Origin: Octopus vulgaris
Taxonomy: Eukaryota
Direction of reading: 5' to 3'
DNA length: 64,000 nt
NCBI GenBank assembly: GCA_951406725.2
Contig: OX597818.1
Coordinates: 27,838,001-27,902,000 of the forward strand
The notes under the pieces are model-generated. The model was not told where the DNA came from. It worked only from the letters and a program-made list of their open reading frames with translations, and did no database searches. A program made the position numbers and the translations under genes. Numbering within the stretch: position 1 is the stretch's first letter; each line of letters starts with the position of its first letter. Below are positions 34,968-48,130 of this stretch, in pieces.

Positions 34968-37660
34968 TAACCTGTTGAGGGACACTGACCAGATCTGTGA
35001 TGGTGCAAAGTCCCCTCTCAACCAAAAATAATGTGGTGGTGGAACAATGTTGTTGACAAGGCTATTAGAGAAAAGAAACAGGCATGGAAGGACTGGAAGA
35101 ACTGTGGCAGCAGAGAATTGTATCAGACTGCCCGAAGGGAAGCAAGGAGACAGGTTTATTTAGCCAGAGGGGAAGCAGATAGGAAAAAACTTACCAATGT
35201 TCTGTGCCGTGAGAACCAAAGACTTGAGGTATTTCGTGTTGCAAGACAGTGTATGAGAGAGAATCATGATGTTGTAGGAGAGAAATGTGTTCGCATGGAT
35301 GATGGTTCACTTGCACTAAACGAGGCTGCAAAGAGAGAGGTTTGGAGATACCACTGTGAAAGGTAGCTCAATAAAAAAAATGAATGGGAGAAAGAGAGTC
35401 TACTGAATGTCAACCCAACAGAGGAACCTGCTCTCCGAGTTGGCAGTACCTTGGTAGATAAAGCAATTAAGAGTATGAAGACAGGGAAAAGCCCCATCAG
35501 GAATCACTGTAGAAATGCTCAAAATATCTGGCAGTGTTGACTATTGCCTAGTCACCCATATAGTTAACCAGGTGATACACGAAGGAGTCACACCCAACGA
35601 CTGGTATAGCAGCGTAATAGTCAACTTCTACAAAGGTAAAGGTGATGCTTTAGATACAAATAATTACAGAGGTATCAAGTTGTTAGATCAGGTAATGAAG
35701 GTCACAGAGAAGGTCATAGCCCAACTAATTAGGGAGAGAGTCAGTTTAGATGAGATGCAGTTTGGGTTCGTGCCAGGGAAAAGCACCACTGATGCTATAT
35801 TTCTGGTTAGACAGCTGCAGGAGAAATAACTAGCCAAAGATAAACCTCTGTACCTGGCTTTCATTGACATGGAGAAAGCCTTTGACAGGGTCCCCGGATC
35901 CCTTATCTGATGGTCAATGATGAAACTAGGGATATATGAATGGTTAGTAAGAACTGTGCAAGCTATGCACAGGTTGGCAACGACTACAGTGAAAAATAAT
36001 TCTAGGTAGTGGTAGGGATCCACCAAGGTTCAGTCCTCAGCCCCCTCCTATTTATCATAGTCCTCCAGCCAATAACAGAGGAATTCAAGACAGGATGCTC
36101 CTGGGAGCTCCTCTATGCTGATGACCTTGTTCTAATTGCTGAGTCACTATCAGAACTAGAGGAGAAGTTTCAGGTGTGGAAACAAGGATTAGAATCAAAG
36201 GGCCTTAGAACCAACCTAGCTAAAACCAAAGTCCTAATAAGCAGGAAGTCAGGCAAACCACAAATCCCTTCAGGTAGTTGGCCCTGCTCGATCTGTAGAA
36301 AAGGCCTAGGTAGAAACCCCATAAGATGTACCCTGTGTAAGTTACGGACACATAAGAGGTGCAGCAATATCAAAGGAAGGCTAACTGGGAAGATAGTTTT
36401 TGTATGTGGCAGATGCTCAGGAGCAATAAACACTGAAAATGTGCGGAGAACAACTTCCACCACATTCCAGGGAGAAAAACTAGAAGTAGTTGATAGCTTC
36501 CATTATCTAGGTGACCAAGTCAGTAGCAGGGGAGGGTGCACTGAGAGTGTAGCTGCTAGAATAAGAATAGCTTGGGCAAAGTTCAGAGAGCTCTTACCTC
36601 TGCTGGTGACAAAGGGCCTCTCGCTCAGAGTAAAAGGTAGAAATTATGATGCATGTGTATGAACAGCCAAGCTACATGGCAGTGAAACATGAGCTGTGAT
36701 TGCTGAGGACATGCGTAAGCTTGCAAGGAATGAAGCCAGTATGCTCTGATGGATGTGTAATGTTAGTGTGCATATTTGACAGAGTGTAAGTACCTTGAGA
36801 GAAAAGTTGGACCTAAGAAGCATCAGATGTGGTGTGCAAGAAAGACAACTGTGCTGGTATGGCCATGTGGCAAGAATGGATGTGGATAGCTGTGTGAAAA
36901 AGTGCCACACCGTTGCGGTTGAGGGAACCTGTGGAAGCAGTAGACCCAAGAAGACCTGGGATGAGGTGGTGAAACATAACCTTCAAACATTGGACCTCAC
37001 CGAGGCAATGACTAGTGACCGGAACCTTTGAAAATATGCTGTACTTGAGAAGACATGGCAAGCCAAGTGAGACCATAACTTCATGACGTATGCCAGGGGT
37101 GTAACCAGCCCACTTATATAATGCGTACCTTTCCTTCATTAGACACTAAACTCTGCTTGCGAAGACCTGTTGAGGCAAGTGAAATCGAAATCGCAATTGA
37201 AATCAAATTCTATGACTGGTATCCGTGCTAGTGGAGTGCTAAGAGTATCATCCAAGCCAGAGCAACAAACTAGCTTCTGTGCCGGTGGCATGTAAAAAGC
37301 ACCATTCGAGCGTGATCATTACCTGCATCGCCTTACTGGCACTTGTGCTGGAGGCTTGTGAAAAATCATTCAAGTGAGGTCATTGCCAGTGCCGCTGGAC
37401 TGGCTCCTGTGCAGGTGGCACAAAAGCACCATTTGAGCATGGCCGTTGCCAGTACCATCTGAGTGGCCCTCGTACTGATGGCACATAAAAGCACCCAGTA
37501 CACTCTTGGAGTTGTTGGCATTAGGAAGGGCATCCAGCTGTAGAAACTCTGCCAGATCAGATTGGAGCCTGGTGCAGCCATCTGGTTCCCCAGACCTCTG
37601 TCAAATCGTCCAACCCATGCTAGCATGGAAAGCGGACGTTAAGTGGATGATGATGATGAT
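34968..37660 (+). mobile_element. RTE LINE, 5'-truncated, with multiple stops and frameshifts
   Basis: ORFs at 35031, 35515, 36009 and 36795 are collinear with the 6718-10286 element; (GAT)n tail. Confidence 0.93.
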
Positions 37661-38769
37661 AACTCATGCACCAATTATATAAAGAAAAATCCACTGCACC
37701 GCACCCAACAAAACATGAATGGAATTCAGCTATAGCCCACTCAGTGGCTTCCAATGCTGGTCTTATTATCACTGAGGATCTTTCTTGGCAACAGCACATC
37801 CTTAGCATAGCTTGAACTGTATCCTGAAGACTAGCCCCTCTCTTTAGTCTTCAATGGAGAATGATATTCTACAAGGTTCAAGAGAGAGTTACAATAAAGT
37901 ACTCCTTCCACATCTAGTACAGTGCTGTGATATGCACAATCACATCCAAAGAAGAGCCATCCAACTGACTGGTATTGAGTCACTAACAGACACTCTTCAG
38001 TTCCTGGTTCACAGACATGCTGTCTTCTCTCTTTGTCTTTTCTATCACTACCAGACACAGAGGTCATTAGGTCTCAGTACCTTTGAGCTGGTTGGTTTTG
38101 TCTTTACAACAATGTGACACCCCTGTCCCACTTGCCTTTCTAACTCTTGTCATTTTTGGTGTATCCAACATCCTTAGCCCACACTAATCCTTTTTCCTGT
38201 CTTCCAGAACATCATCCTTCAGGAATCTTCTCTTTGTTATAGCATTCTCTGTAGGTATTGGCCTGCAACAGTTCAAATGGAACATTAATAGCAAAGCTCG
38301 TCAGTCTTAGAAGACTTATAAAGGTCATGGGCAATGCCTCAGCTTCCAAACTCAATAAGAAAAATACATGCACATATACATGCATGAATACATTCATGTC
38401 ATCTATTCATTTGTGTTTGGATAGTGGTTTTTACATGCCACCAGCACATGAGCCAGTTGTAGGGTACTGGCATGGGCCACATTCAGATGGTGCTTTTTAT
38501 GTACCACCAGCATAGAGGCTGGTCAAGCGTTCCTGGCATCGATCACATTTGGATAGTGCTTTTTACATGCCACCAGCATCGGAGCTAGTCATGGGGCACT
38601 GGCCACAGCTACGATTTTGATTTTACTTGATTCAACAGGTCTTCTCAAGCATATCATATCAACTGACACATCAGGGGTACTCTTAAATGGGCCGGACATG
38701 CAACACTGGCATCAGCCATGGCTGTGATCTCACTTTAGTTCTTCCCAATCACAGTATATCTCCAAAGGT

Positions 38770-40060
38770 CTAAAGTATAGAGCAGTAATGTATTTATATG
38801 CAGTTAAGAATTTGTCCAGACATAGAGATCAATGGTTTTGTATCCTTACAGAGTTTAGCTCCATGGATGACTCATCAGACTCTAAACCTGAAGGCATGTA
38901 GTTCTTCAATTATGGGACATAGGAATACAGCAGGTAGCATTTGAAATGCCTGCAGGGGCTGTAAATTTCTTACCATGAATTCAGTAATCCTGGTTTCAGG
39001 GAGTCTTTGAGGATCCTTTCACACTCAGCCATACAAAGTTTGTAGCATCTGCTCCTGTTAATATAGCAACCCGGCTGCTCTATGATCCTCCACTTGATAG
39101 TGTATTGGGTTCCTCTATCTTTGAGATTCCATATGTGGCTCTCCAGAGATGTGACATATTTTCTTCCCAGAATCCTGAAAGGGAACCTGTGGTTGTAGAG
39201 ATGCCACTAGAAGGCAGTCTTGGCTTGGGAGTTGGTTGTGTTCACATTTATGGCACATTTTCTGGGCTTGTGGGTGTTGTTGCCACTGATGTTACTGGAG
39301 CTGCTATCAGCGCTATTATTATAAGTCATGGGAATCTGACAGTATCGCTGCAGCTGTTGTTGTTGTAATGGTATCCCTGGCGTTGCTGCCGATTTTGCCG
39401 ATGGTGATGGTAATACTGCATGTGGGGCCAGAAGCCATGCTGGTGCTGCTGGTGTTGGTATGGTCGTCAACTCTGGCCATAGTGCTGTTGCTGGGTTTGT
39501 TAGCATCAGTGCTGGTGTTTCTGTCACTGTCGCTGCTGATGCTGGATGATCAGTTGCTGCTATTACTATGGTCACTAGGTATCACCAGAGCTTCATAAAT
39601 GACTCTCTCAGCCATGTATTGCACCGCCACCTCTTGAGCAGTTATTGAAATCACTGCAAGAGCAACCAACTACCTCCCACATTTTATGGATGTTGCTTGT
39701 ATACTTTTCATGCAGACACCTGTGTGTCTGCGTGAAGTGTTTGTCTACTTACCTGAGGAATAGTCTTCTCGCACAAGATTTTGTGTGAGAAGGGTGGGAC
39801 AAACCAAACGATGCTCCAGTGGTGGTGCCTCTTTTGTGGGTGCTAGGGCCTGGCATAGATAACCTGTCCTCACTGACTAGATTGTTTATTCTTTGTTTAC
39901 TTACTAACTGACCATAACAGATTCCAACCTCCCAGAGTCAAAGAACTATATGCCTTCAGCTTTAGAGTCTGACAAGTCTTCTCTGGGGCTAAGCCCTTTA
40001 TGGATGCAAATCTATTGGTCACTCTATGACCAGACATATACTTAACTACACATAAATATA
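38770..40060. mobile_element. Element bounded by ~150-bp inverted arms, containing a minus-strand copy of the Penelope-like 3' region seen at about 26590-27290
   Basis: Arm 38770-38930 is mirrored at about 39920-40060; a third arm copy is at about 24467-24620. Confidence 0.55.
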
Positions 40061-40218
40061 TAATTTGAATATGGGAAAACGAATTTCCAAATCAATCAGG
40101 TACAACCCTTTAGCATTACAGGCATTTGCATATCGTGCAGTTGGGTTTTAATTATCATATATTTATATATATTTTTTTTAGAAATATACAAAACATATTA
40201 TATATAATAGAAATTAAT

Positions 40219-40487
40219 GATAATTCAGTTTCGGGGATTAATAGCTATGCGGGCATTCTATTTCAAATTATGCAAAAATACAACCTAACGAGTATATCTG
40301 AAGGTAAACTCGTGGTATCTGTTTAAACATCATGAAATAATACTTGAAAGGATAAAACCAGTACACCAGCAGGGTATAAAATATACATCCTTAATTATCT
40401 CCTATTTAAGTTAAAATTAAAATGATCAATTATGAAGGAACTACACATGTTTGAGTATCAGAAGATTATAATGTGTGTGTGTGTGTA

Positions 40488-40541
<54 letters not shown>

Positions 40542-41027
40542 CATCAGATTTACAATTCTAACAGTACATCTTCAGGTTATTTTTCAAAATATTGTTAATC
40601 TAATTTTACATCACCTTAAAATTAAGCGTTAAATTAAACATTAAAATTTAAAAATTAAACTTTACAAAATTAAGAATTAAAAATTATAAATTATAAATTA
40701 TACATTATAAATATGAATTAGTACACATATATCAAGCTTATAAAGTCTAATATATAATGTCAAATATAAAATATAAAATTATACATCAGAATAAAATGTC
40801 TGATTAAATGTGAAAAATATATGTAAAATACAGATACATGCTGTCTTTTGATGGAATCAGAATCTATACCCTGCTGGTGTACTGGTTTTATCCTTTAAAG
40901 TATTTTTTCATGATGTGCATATAGATACCACAAGTTTACCTTCAGATATACTTGTTAGTTTTTTTTTTTGTTGCATAATCTGAAATAGAATACCCACATA
41001 TATATTAATCCCCAAAACTGAATTATC
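40219..41027. repeat. Inverted repeat with ~160-bp arms (MITE/foldback-like)
   Basis: gataattcagtt...aaaggataaaaccagtacaccagcagggtata mirrored at 40865-41027. Confidence 0.85.
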
Positions 41028-41139
41028 ATATATATATGTATATACATATTGAGGCGTGGCTGTGTGGTAAGACGCTATCTTTCCAGCCACATGGTTCTGT
41101 GTTCAGTCCCACAACATGGCATTTTGGAAAAGTGTCTTT

Positions 41140-41582
41140 GAGAGGCAATGTCTGGTAACCAAGACCTTTGGCAGTATGTTGTGCTTGAGAAGACTTGTCA
41201 AGCCAAGTGAAACTGTAGTCATGGCCAATGCAGTTGGCATGTGAAAAGCACCTTTTGAGTGTTGGGCTTCACAGAGGCAATAGCAAATGATTTAGACCTC
41301 TGGCCTTATGTCATGCTTGAGAAGAAGGCCCATCAAACCAAGTAAAATTACAGTTGTGGCAGATACTGGTGTCACACAAATGGCACCTGTGCTGGTGGCT
41401 TGTAGAAGCACACATTATACTCTTGGAGTGGCTGGCATTAAGAAAGGCGTCCAGTTGTAAAAACCATGGCAAATCAGACTGGTGTCTGGTGCAGCCTTCC
41501 AGCTTGCCAGCCCTGGTGAAACTGTCCAACCCATGCCAGAATGGACAATAGATGTTAAATGATGATGATGATGATGATGATG

Positions 41583-41583
<1 letters not shown>
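41140..41583 (+). mobile_element. Diverged RTE 3' end with (GAT)n tail
   Basis: gtgcttgagaagac...agccaagtga...gtccaacccatgccag...gatgatgat. Confidence 0.75.
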
Positions 41584-41617
<34 letters not shown>

Positions 41618-41761
41618 AATATTTAAATGGGTGAATGAATTAACCTTTGGAAAATTCAATAAACCGTTATCAGGGTAGCAAAATTCACGCCAGTAACACG
41701 GTTGACGTGACCTATTCAAAGGTAAAAACTCCGGGTTAATGTGCAGAAATTTGTGTATTAT

Positions 41762-42017
41762 AAATAAATAAATAAATGGAGTTGAATGAAGAAGCTATTA
41801 AAATTCTTTTACTTTCGACATATGTTTCTATGACTGCCTAAATCGTAATTGTTATAATGTCTTGTTGTTGAGAGAGACTCTCTCTTTCTTTCCTGATGAG
41901 AAGATTGCATTTTACACTGTTTATTCCTTTGGAATAAAACCATGTTGTCTTCAAAACATATGTCGAAAGTAAAAGAATTTTAATAACATCTTCGTTCAAC
42001 TCCATTTATTTATTTAT
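41762..42017. repeat. Small inverted repeat with ~65-bp arms (MITE-like)
   Basis: aaatggagttgaa...aaaattcttttactttcgacatatgttt mirrored by aaacatatgtcgaaagtaaaagaatttt...ttcaactccattt. Confidence 0.8.
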
Positions 42018-42062
42018 CTATATATATATATATACATATACACATATATATACATATATATA

Positions 42063-42455
42063 TACCAGCAGTATCACCTGGCGTTGCTCGGGTTTGTTTC
42101 GACCTTTAGAATTGGAATTTTTGAAAAGTAAAAATTTTGCATTATGTAGCTTGTTATTCTCTTTAAGTGAACATTTTTCTGGTTGAAATACACCGAAAAA
42201 TGGTGACACAGCAGTCAAAAAATCGTAAAAAATAGGGATTATCATAGAAAAAAAAAGCACCTTTTTGATGTAAATAATTTTTGGTGTTAACATGGTCCGA
42301 TTTGGATTTATTCTTCTGCGGAAGGAAGAGCAAGCCTTCTGCTATCATACTTTCAATTTTGGTCAACTTGTGCCACAGGGTCTCGGAGGAGATAGTGTTA
42401 GTTGAAGGCTACCAAACTTGCCATACACAGACAACTTCAGCTTTATATATAGAGA
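42063..42455 (+). mobile_element. Possible non-autonomous Helitron-type element
   Basis: Starts taccagcagtatcacctggcgttgctcggg and ends cagctttatatatag, termini typical of such elements; recognised by eye only. Confidence 0.4.
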
Positions 42456-43454
42456 GATTTAACTTACATGACCCTAGTAAATTGGATGAGAGAAATAAGC
42501 AAAGCTGGTGATCATAAAAGTTAAGTCCCTATGTGGAAATACAGCTAAGCATTGATTTAAATAGGATATTTCAAAATTTAGCTATGAAGTGGCTTATTTT
42601 ACTGTTTAATTTGAGTCATTAGCTGTATTATAATAGTTAACACACTATGAAATCATGAGGGAGAGATTCAATTCTTATCATTTTTTCACTTTCATATTTT
42701 TTCTCTTTTGCATTGATAATTTATAATGCACAAATAGGTTCTATATACGAATTTAGTAAAAGAGAGAGAGAGAGAGCGAGAGAGAGAGAGAGAGAGTGTG
42801 TGTGCATGTGTGGGCACGCATGTGCATGTGTTTGTATGTGAATCAGCTATCACTTGGAATGTAATAAAATATCAATTGTACCATTTTGATGGTAGGGATA
42901 TTCACCACACCACTGTTTACAGACATAGATTGAATTGAATGTTAGACATTCATATCAGTTTCAGACAATGTCATTTGTTAAACATCCGCTGTTCATTTAC
43001 TGATCATTTATTAGGATCAAGTGTTCAATTTTAATCTATGATTTTATTCAAAATATATAGAAATTGTAAATAAAATGGTACCTGAAAATATGTAACAGTC
43101 TCTCTTTCTGAGTAAAAAGCTTTATGTGCTAGCAAGTTACTAAAACTTTAGAACTTATTGCTCTAATGAGTCCATGTTTTCATTATTGTAACTTACTGAA
43201 TTTTCACATCTTTATATTTAATTTCTGGGATCATCATTAATTTTTTTTTTATGAAGCACTGTGCTTATAAGCATTAAGATAACAATTTGTGCACCACATT
43301 TTAAAATTCCAATCATTCTAGTATTTAAGCAAACATGATCTTATATTTAATTATTTTTCTGCAAAGCATGTAATTATTTTCACAAATACCAAGCGTCAAA
43401 TAATTGTTTAATAGATCAGGATCTCATGTACATTTTTATTCTTTTATTTTGTAG

Positions 43455-43465
43455 GTTACCAGTGA
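43455..43465 (+). CDS. Candidate terminal coding exon (G-Y-Q-stop) of the micro-exon gene
   Basis: Strong acceptor tttttattcttttattttgtAG; read in phase 1 it gives (G)GT TAC CAG TGA; followed by about 800 bp without recognisable transposons. Confidence 0.5.
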
Positions 43466-44303
43466 AGGTCCATGTTTTCAGATGAACAAGAAGAACCTAG
43501 AACCTTGTAATATAGTAAATAACTCCTAGAACTGAATTAAATCGTGAGGGCAACCTAAGTCAGTCTCCTTGACATCATTTCATCGACACTTCTTGCAATC
43601 ACTACAGATTTGAACTAAATGCCTGATACCACCATAACATTATTGATCTCGGTTATATTCTGTAACTACATTGTTTTTGTATTCACAGCATCATAAAATT
43701 CTTGATTTATTTTAAACTTTCATGAATGTCTATCTATAATTAAACATTTGCACCAATGAAGTAAACTCAGTTAAATTTCTGTATTTCATTCCTCTTATAC
43801 GAGTCATCATCTGTTCAACATAATATGGAGATTTAACAACATGGCTATGAATATCATTGATTTTTCAAATATATTTTGGAATAATCCCTTAAAAAATTTT
43901 AAGAATTTGAATTCATCCCAATTTTCTACAAATGAGCAGCAATTATGATTGTGTTTTTGTTCATGTTAAACATATTCTTGAAACTATTTATAACTTCATG
44001 ATCAAAGTTTCTGATATTCATTTTACAGAAGTTCTTTATATACTTTCTACTATTTTACTTCATTAGTAGACTATTTTACTTTCTAAGATACAAGAACTTC
44101 ACTACTTTACTAACTTTTTTCTAAGATACAAGAACATTCGAATCTAAATTCTAAAACACATATTTGTAAAAGAAATCAAACTTGCAGCTTGTACATAAGT
44201 AAATGCATGTGCAAATATTTATCCAGATTCAGCAGACTCTCTCTTATATCTTACTACAGAATGAATAAATGAATTGATATTTAAATGATATTTTTTTTTT
44301 GTG
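43466..44303 (+). terminator. Candidate 3'UTR with poly(A) signal AATAAA (44264-44269) and downstream T/GT-rich element
   Basis: AATAAA followed about 20 nt later by ttttttttttgtg; AU-rich sequence without recognisable transposons. Confidence 0.45.
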
Positions 44304-44537
44304 CTTCAGTTGGCTGAAAGCATATACTATGGTCTGTATAGACTCTCAAAACATGTAAAATTAATGCTTGTACATCAGCTGTATTCAGCTTGTATATCGG
44401 TGTCAATATATATAGAAAGGCATGGACAAGAAAGAAATTCTAGAGTATTAATTTTCTGAGAAGGAATGACTGAAGTATTATTTGATCCAGAATAAGAAAA
44501 CCAGTCACTGGAATGCAGTTTTAGGTATACTTATATA

Positions 44538-45412
44538 TGAGGTGGTATCAAAGGGCTTCCAGATTAGTTGTTTAATAAAAAATAGTTAAACAAAGTTTTA
44601 ACATCATCTTCTTTGAAATAGTCATCTAGCACAGCATTACATCAGTCCCAGTGTTCTTGCCACTTTTGGAATTTGGCCTGAAAGTTGTTTTCCAAAAGCA
44701 AGTTAAGGACCTTCTGAAGTTCACTCTAGATCTCAACAACAGTGTTAAATCATTGACCTTTGAGCTGTATTTTCATCTTGGGGAAGAGATGGAAGTATGC
44801 AGGTGCAGAAGCAATACCATGTTGTTTTTGGTGAGAAACTCATGAGCGAGGTGAGCTCAGTGACAGGGTGCATCATTGTCATGAAGAATCCAATTCTTTG
44901 CACTCCATGGATCCGGCCACTTTTGCTGAATGTCCTCCTTCAAATGCTTCAAAATGTCACAGTAGAACTCTTGATTGATGGTCTGGCCCTGGGGGATGAA
45001 TTCTCAATACACAATACCACGTCTCTTGGGGTGACACTTGTAGCAGATCTTCCAGGGATATTCTTCCACTTTTGAAGCAAAGTACCCATATCACTCAAAA
45101 CATTGCATACAACCCATTGCCTTGTCACTGTAAAGTTGCTGAAGCATGCTCAATGTCTCTGTAGCAGACTTCCCAAGTTTAACACAAAATTTCACATTGG
45201 CTCTTTGTTCCTGTTTATGAGAAAATCACAGACTACAGCATACATGTAACCACAAAAACATGAATTTCAGAACTTGCAAAGTAAACACAGTGATGTCACT
45301 CAGCACAATGCTTCAGGGAGGTCACTGCTAACTCTTACTTCACACATAACCATATGCTACTATCTGTTGGTGCACTACAGAACTAGTCCAGGGACTTTTT
45401 GATGCCACCTTG
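44538..45412 (-). mobile_element. Internally deleted Tc1/mariner element with ~30-bp TIRs
   Basis: Left gaggtggtatcaaagggcttccagattagtt versus reverse complement of right caaggtggcatcaaaaagtccctggactagtt; TA at the left flank; transposase remnants on the minus strand. Confidence 0.7.
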
Positions 45413-46099
45413 TGTGTAAGGATCAATGGGAAAGATCATCAATGATTGTAGGTTTAACATCTGTTGTAATTTTGAGGGTTTTAACTGTGTTGTCCAAGAC
45501 TAGAGAGGTTGAAGTGTAAGATTGTTTCTTTGACTTAGTTTTAATCAGAGAATTTACACAGAAGGATTACTTTGCATTTGGATTGGTCACGATTTAACAT
45601 TTTTGAAAAATAGCAACACTTCAAATGTGGAAATAAGTTGGACAGAAATACAAAATTACATTAATTATGCAACTAAAATGGAGTCAAGAGATGTAGCAGG
45701 GCCAGAAAATTATTCAGGACTGACCAGTTGTGTTCAAGTAAGATTACATTGGATTACTAATCTCATATCTGCTAAATATGAGATTAGTAATACATATAAC
45801 TACAATATACTACAGCTATACACATACATGTACACATGCATATATAAACACATGCACACACAGATCATCTCTCTCTCTTTCTCTCTCACACACAGATCCA
45901 CTCTCTCTCTTTCTCTCTCACACACAGATCCACTATCTCTCTTTCCCCCTCTCTCTCTCTCTTTCTCTCTCTCACATATACACACACAAACACACACACA
46001 AGTTGTGCAGGATTGACTGGATGAAATTAATGACATTTAGTCTGAAAGATTGGTTGAGTGTTTGAAACAGTAACCAATGCACAATGAAGTGGTAACTGT

Positions 46100-47150
46100 T
46101 GTTTTATATTTTTATACTTGTCGTATCTGAAGGTAAGGGTAGTGCAGGACTTCTGAAATTGGTGACTTTGATGCTGTTAAAGTTCCATTTAATATGTTGC
46201 AAGGAGGGTGTAAGCAGGAAGAATAAGGCTGGTGTTCTGAGGAAGGTCTAAGTACAGTGGTTTGTTTCAGATCGGATGGGGTGGATGTATTAAGAGTGAT
46301 TAGAGGTGAAGAGATGACTAGGTCACTGATGTCTGAATGGTGAAATTACGAGATCAGCTAGTTTTGAGTGATTGAGGATATTAATGTAGCAAAAGACAGA
46401 GAGAAGAGACACTACATTTGTGGGCCAGTGACTAGTGCCTATCTTTCAATGATTGAATGTTATTTCGTCAAGTTGATCTTTGTGAATGTCTGTGTCCATA
46501 CTAGCAACATTGTTCCAAATGAGGGAACAGTATCCAGTGTGAACTTCACGTGAGGCCTTGTTGATTGTCAGATGTTGTTGGGGTCTGAAATATTTCCTAG
46601 CTCTGAAGGGAACAACTAGTACTTGGGACTTGGTTGTAGCTTTGCTAAGGATGTGCTTTCATCAGGTAAAGCCCAGCATTTCATAGTAAAGCCCAGCATT
46701 TGAAGGTACTGAAAGGGTATGAGCAGAGAGGGAGTATGGTGCAGCAGGTTTTTCTTGATATTAGAAGTGCTGACATTTTCATTTTTTTTTTTCTATTAAA
46801 AAAGAGAAAGTTAGCAAGTCTCCTCTGAAAAATCCTCTCAATGACCCCATTTATGGAAGCAGTGCAAGTTTTGCTCTATAAAGTCATGTTTATATGTGGC
46901 TGATCCATGGTTGGAGAAAGTTAGGGAGGTTTAACAGGTTATGTTATCTGTATAAGAGTAAATTTGTTGGATGTGGGGTAAAATAGGTTTTGATGTATAC
47001 GCAGAAGAGAATTAGGTAACAAAAGTAAATCTTGGATAGCACCAGAATTGATTGAGAGTAGAGCACAAAGAGCTCCATCAACATGTGTCATGAACAGCAT
47101 CCAAGAGATGAGATGATTGAGTCCATAGACAGGATGTTTAGATAGGTAAT
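46100..47150 (-). mobile_element. Very degenerate CR1/L2/Jockey-group LINE remnant
   Basis: Minus-strand traces of the SG..Q and Y.D.. RT motifs near 46950-47050. Confidence 0.4.
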
Positions 47151-47199
47151 CATATGCAAAAGGAGTAAAGGCACAGAGAATTGGTAAAGTGTTCCTTTA

Positions 47200-47600
47200 G
47201 AATAACACTTCTTGTACTTCTTCATTAGAAGCAAATAATGGTTTCGAAGCTAAGTACTGTCATGGAGGTCTTAATTGAGGAGGGATATAGCCTGTTTGAT
47301 ATCTGTAGAAGGCTACACATTGTTTACAGAGATAACACCATGGATAAGAGCAATGTACACAGATGGATGAAGAAGATTAATGAAAAGAAAACCAGCACTG
47401 AAAACCACACAGTTAGAGACCATAAACTATTACTACTGACTCAAATCACCAGTGAATAGATGAATTGATTCAGGCAAACAGATGGGTTACAATCCATAAA
47501 CTTGCTGAACAACTGGACTGTGGTGAGAGTGCACTGAAAACGATAATGGTAGACTTTAGATAACAGAAAGTATGAGCAGAATGGGTTCCTCAACAGTTTT
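47200..47600 (+). mobile_element. mariner transposase N-terminal fragment
   Basis: ICRRLHIVYRDNTMDKSNVHRWMKK (HTH) and a later WVP motif. Confidence 0.7.
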
Positions 47601-47679
47601 GATATAATTTGAAGATCGATCAAAACTGCTCTACTCTGCTGGAATCATTTCAAGCATTTGAAATCAATGAAGACATGCT

Positions 47680-48130
47680 TTATATGAAGAAAAAGAAAAA
47701 ATTCGAGTATGCGCTGACTTTTCAACAGGCTTGAACAAATGTTTGATGACATACAATTACCCATTACCAAGTCTAGAAGAAATTTTTGCAAAACTCAATG
47801 GAGGAAAATTATTTTCGAAGTTGGATTTGTCTGAGGTGTATTTACAGTTACAAGTCAAGGAGAAATGTTCAAAATTATTAACAATAAACACCCATAAAGG
47901 TTTATATAAATTCAGTCGACTTCCTTTTGGGATAAAGGTAGCACCTAGTATTTTCCAACAGGTGATGGACACTATGCTTATGGATACGGATTTCACTATA
48001 GCTTACTTGGATGACATACTCATAAAAAGTGAGTCTTTAGGAACATGTTAAAAAGGTCTTTGAAAGAATAAAGAATTATGAATTTAAACATAGCAAGGAA
48101 AAATGCGAAATTTTCATGCCAGAAATAAAG
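47680..48130 (+). mobile_element. Ty3/Gypsy LTR retrotransposon RT fragment
   Basis: IRVCADFSTGLN...YPLP...FSKLDLS...RLPFGIKVAPSIFQ...AYLDDILI. Confidence 0.9.
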
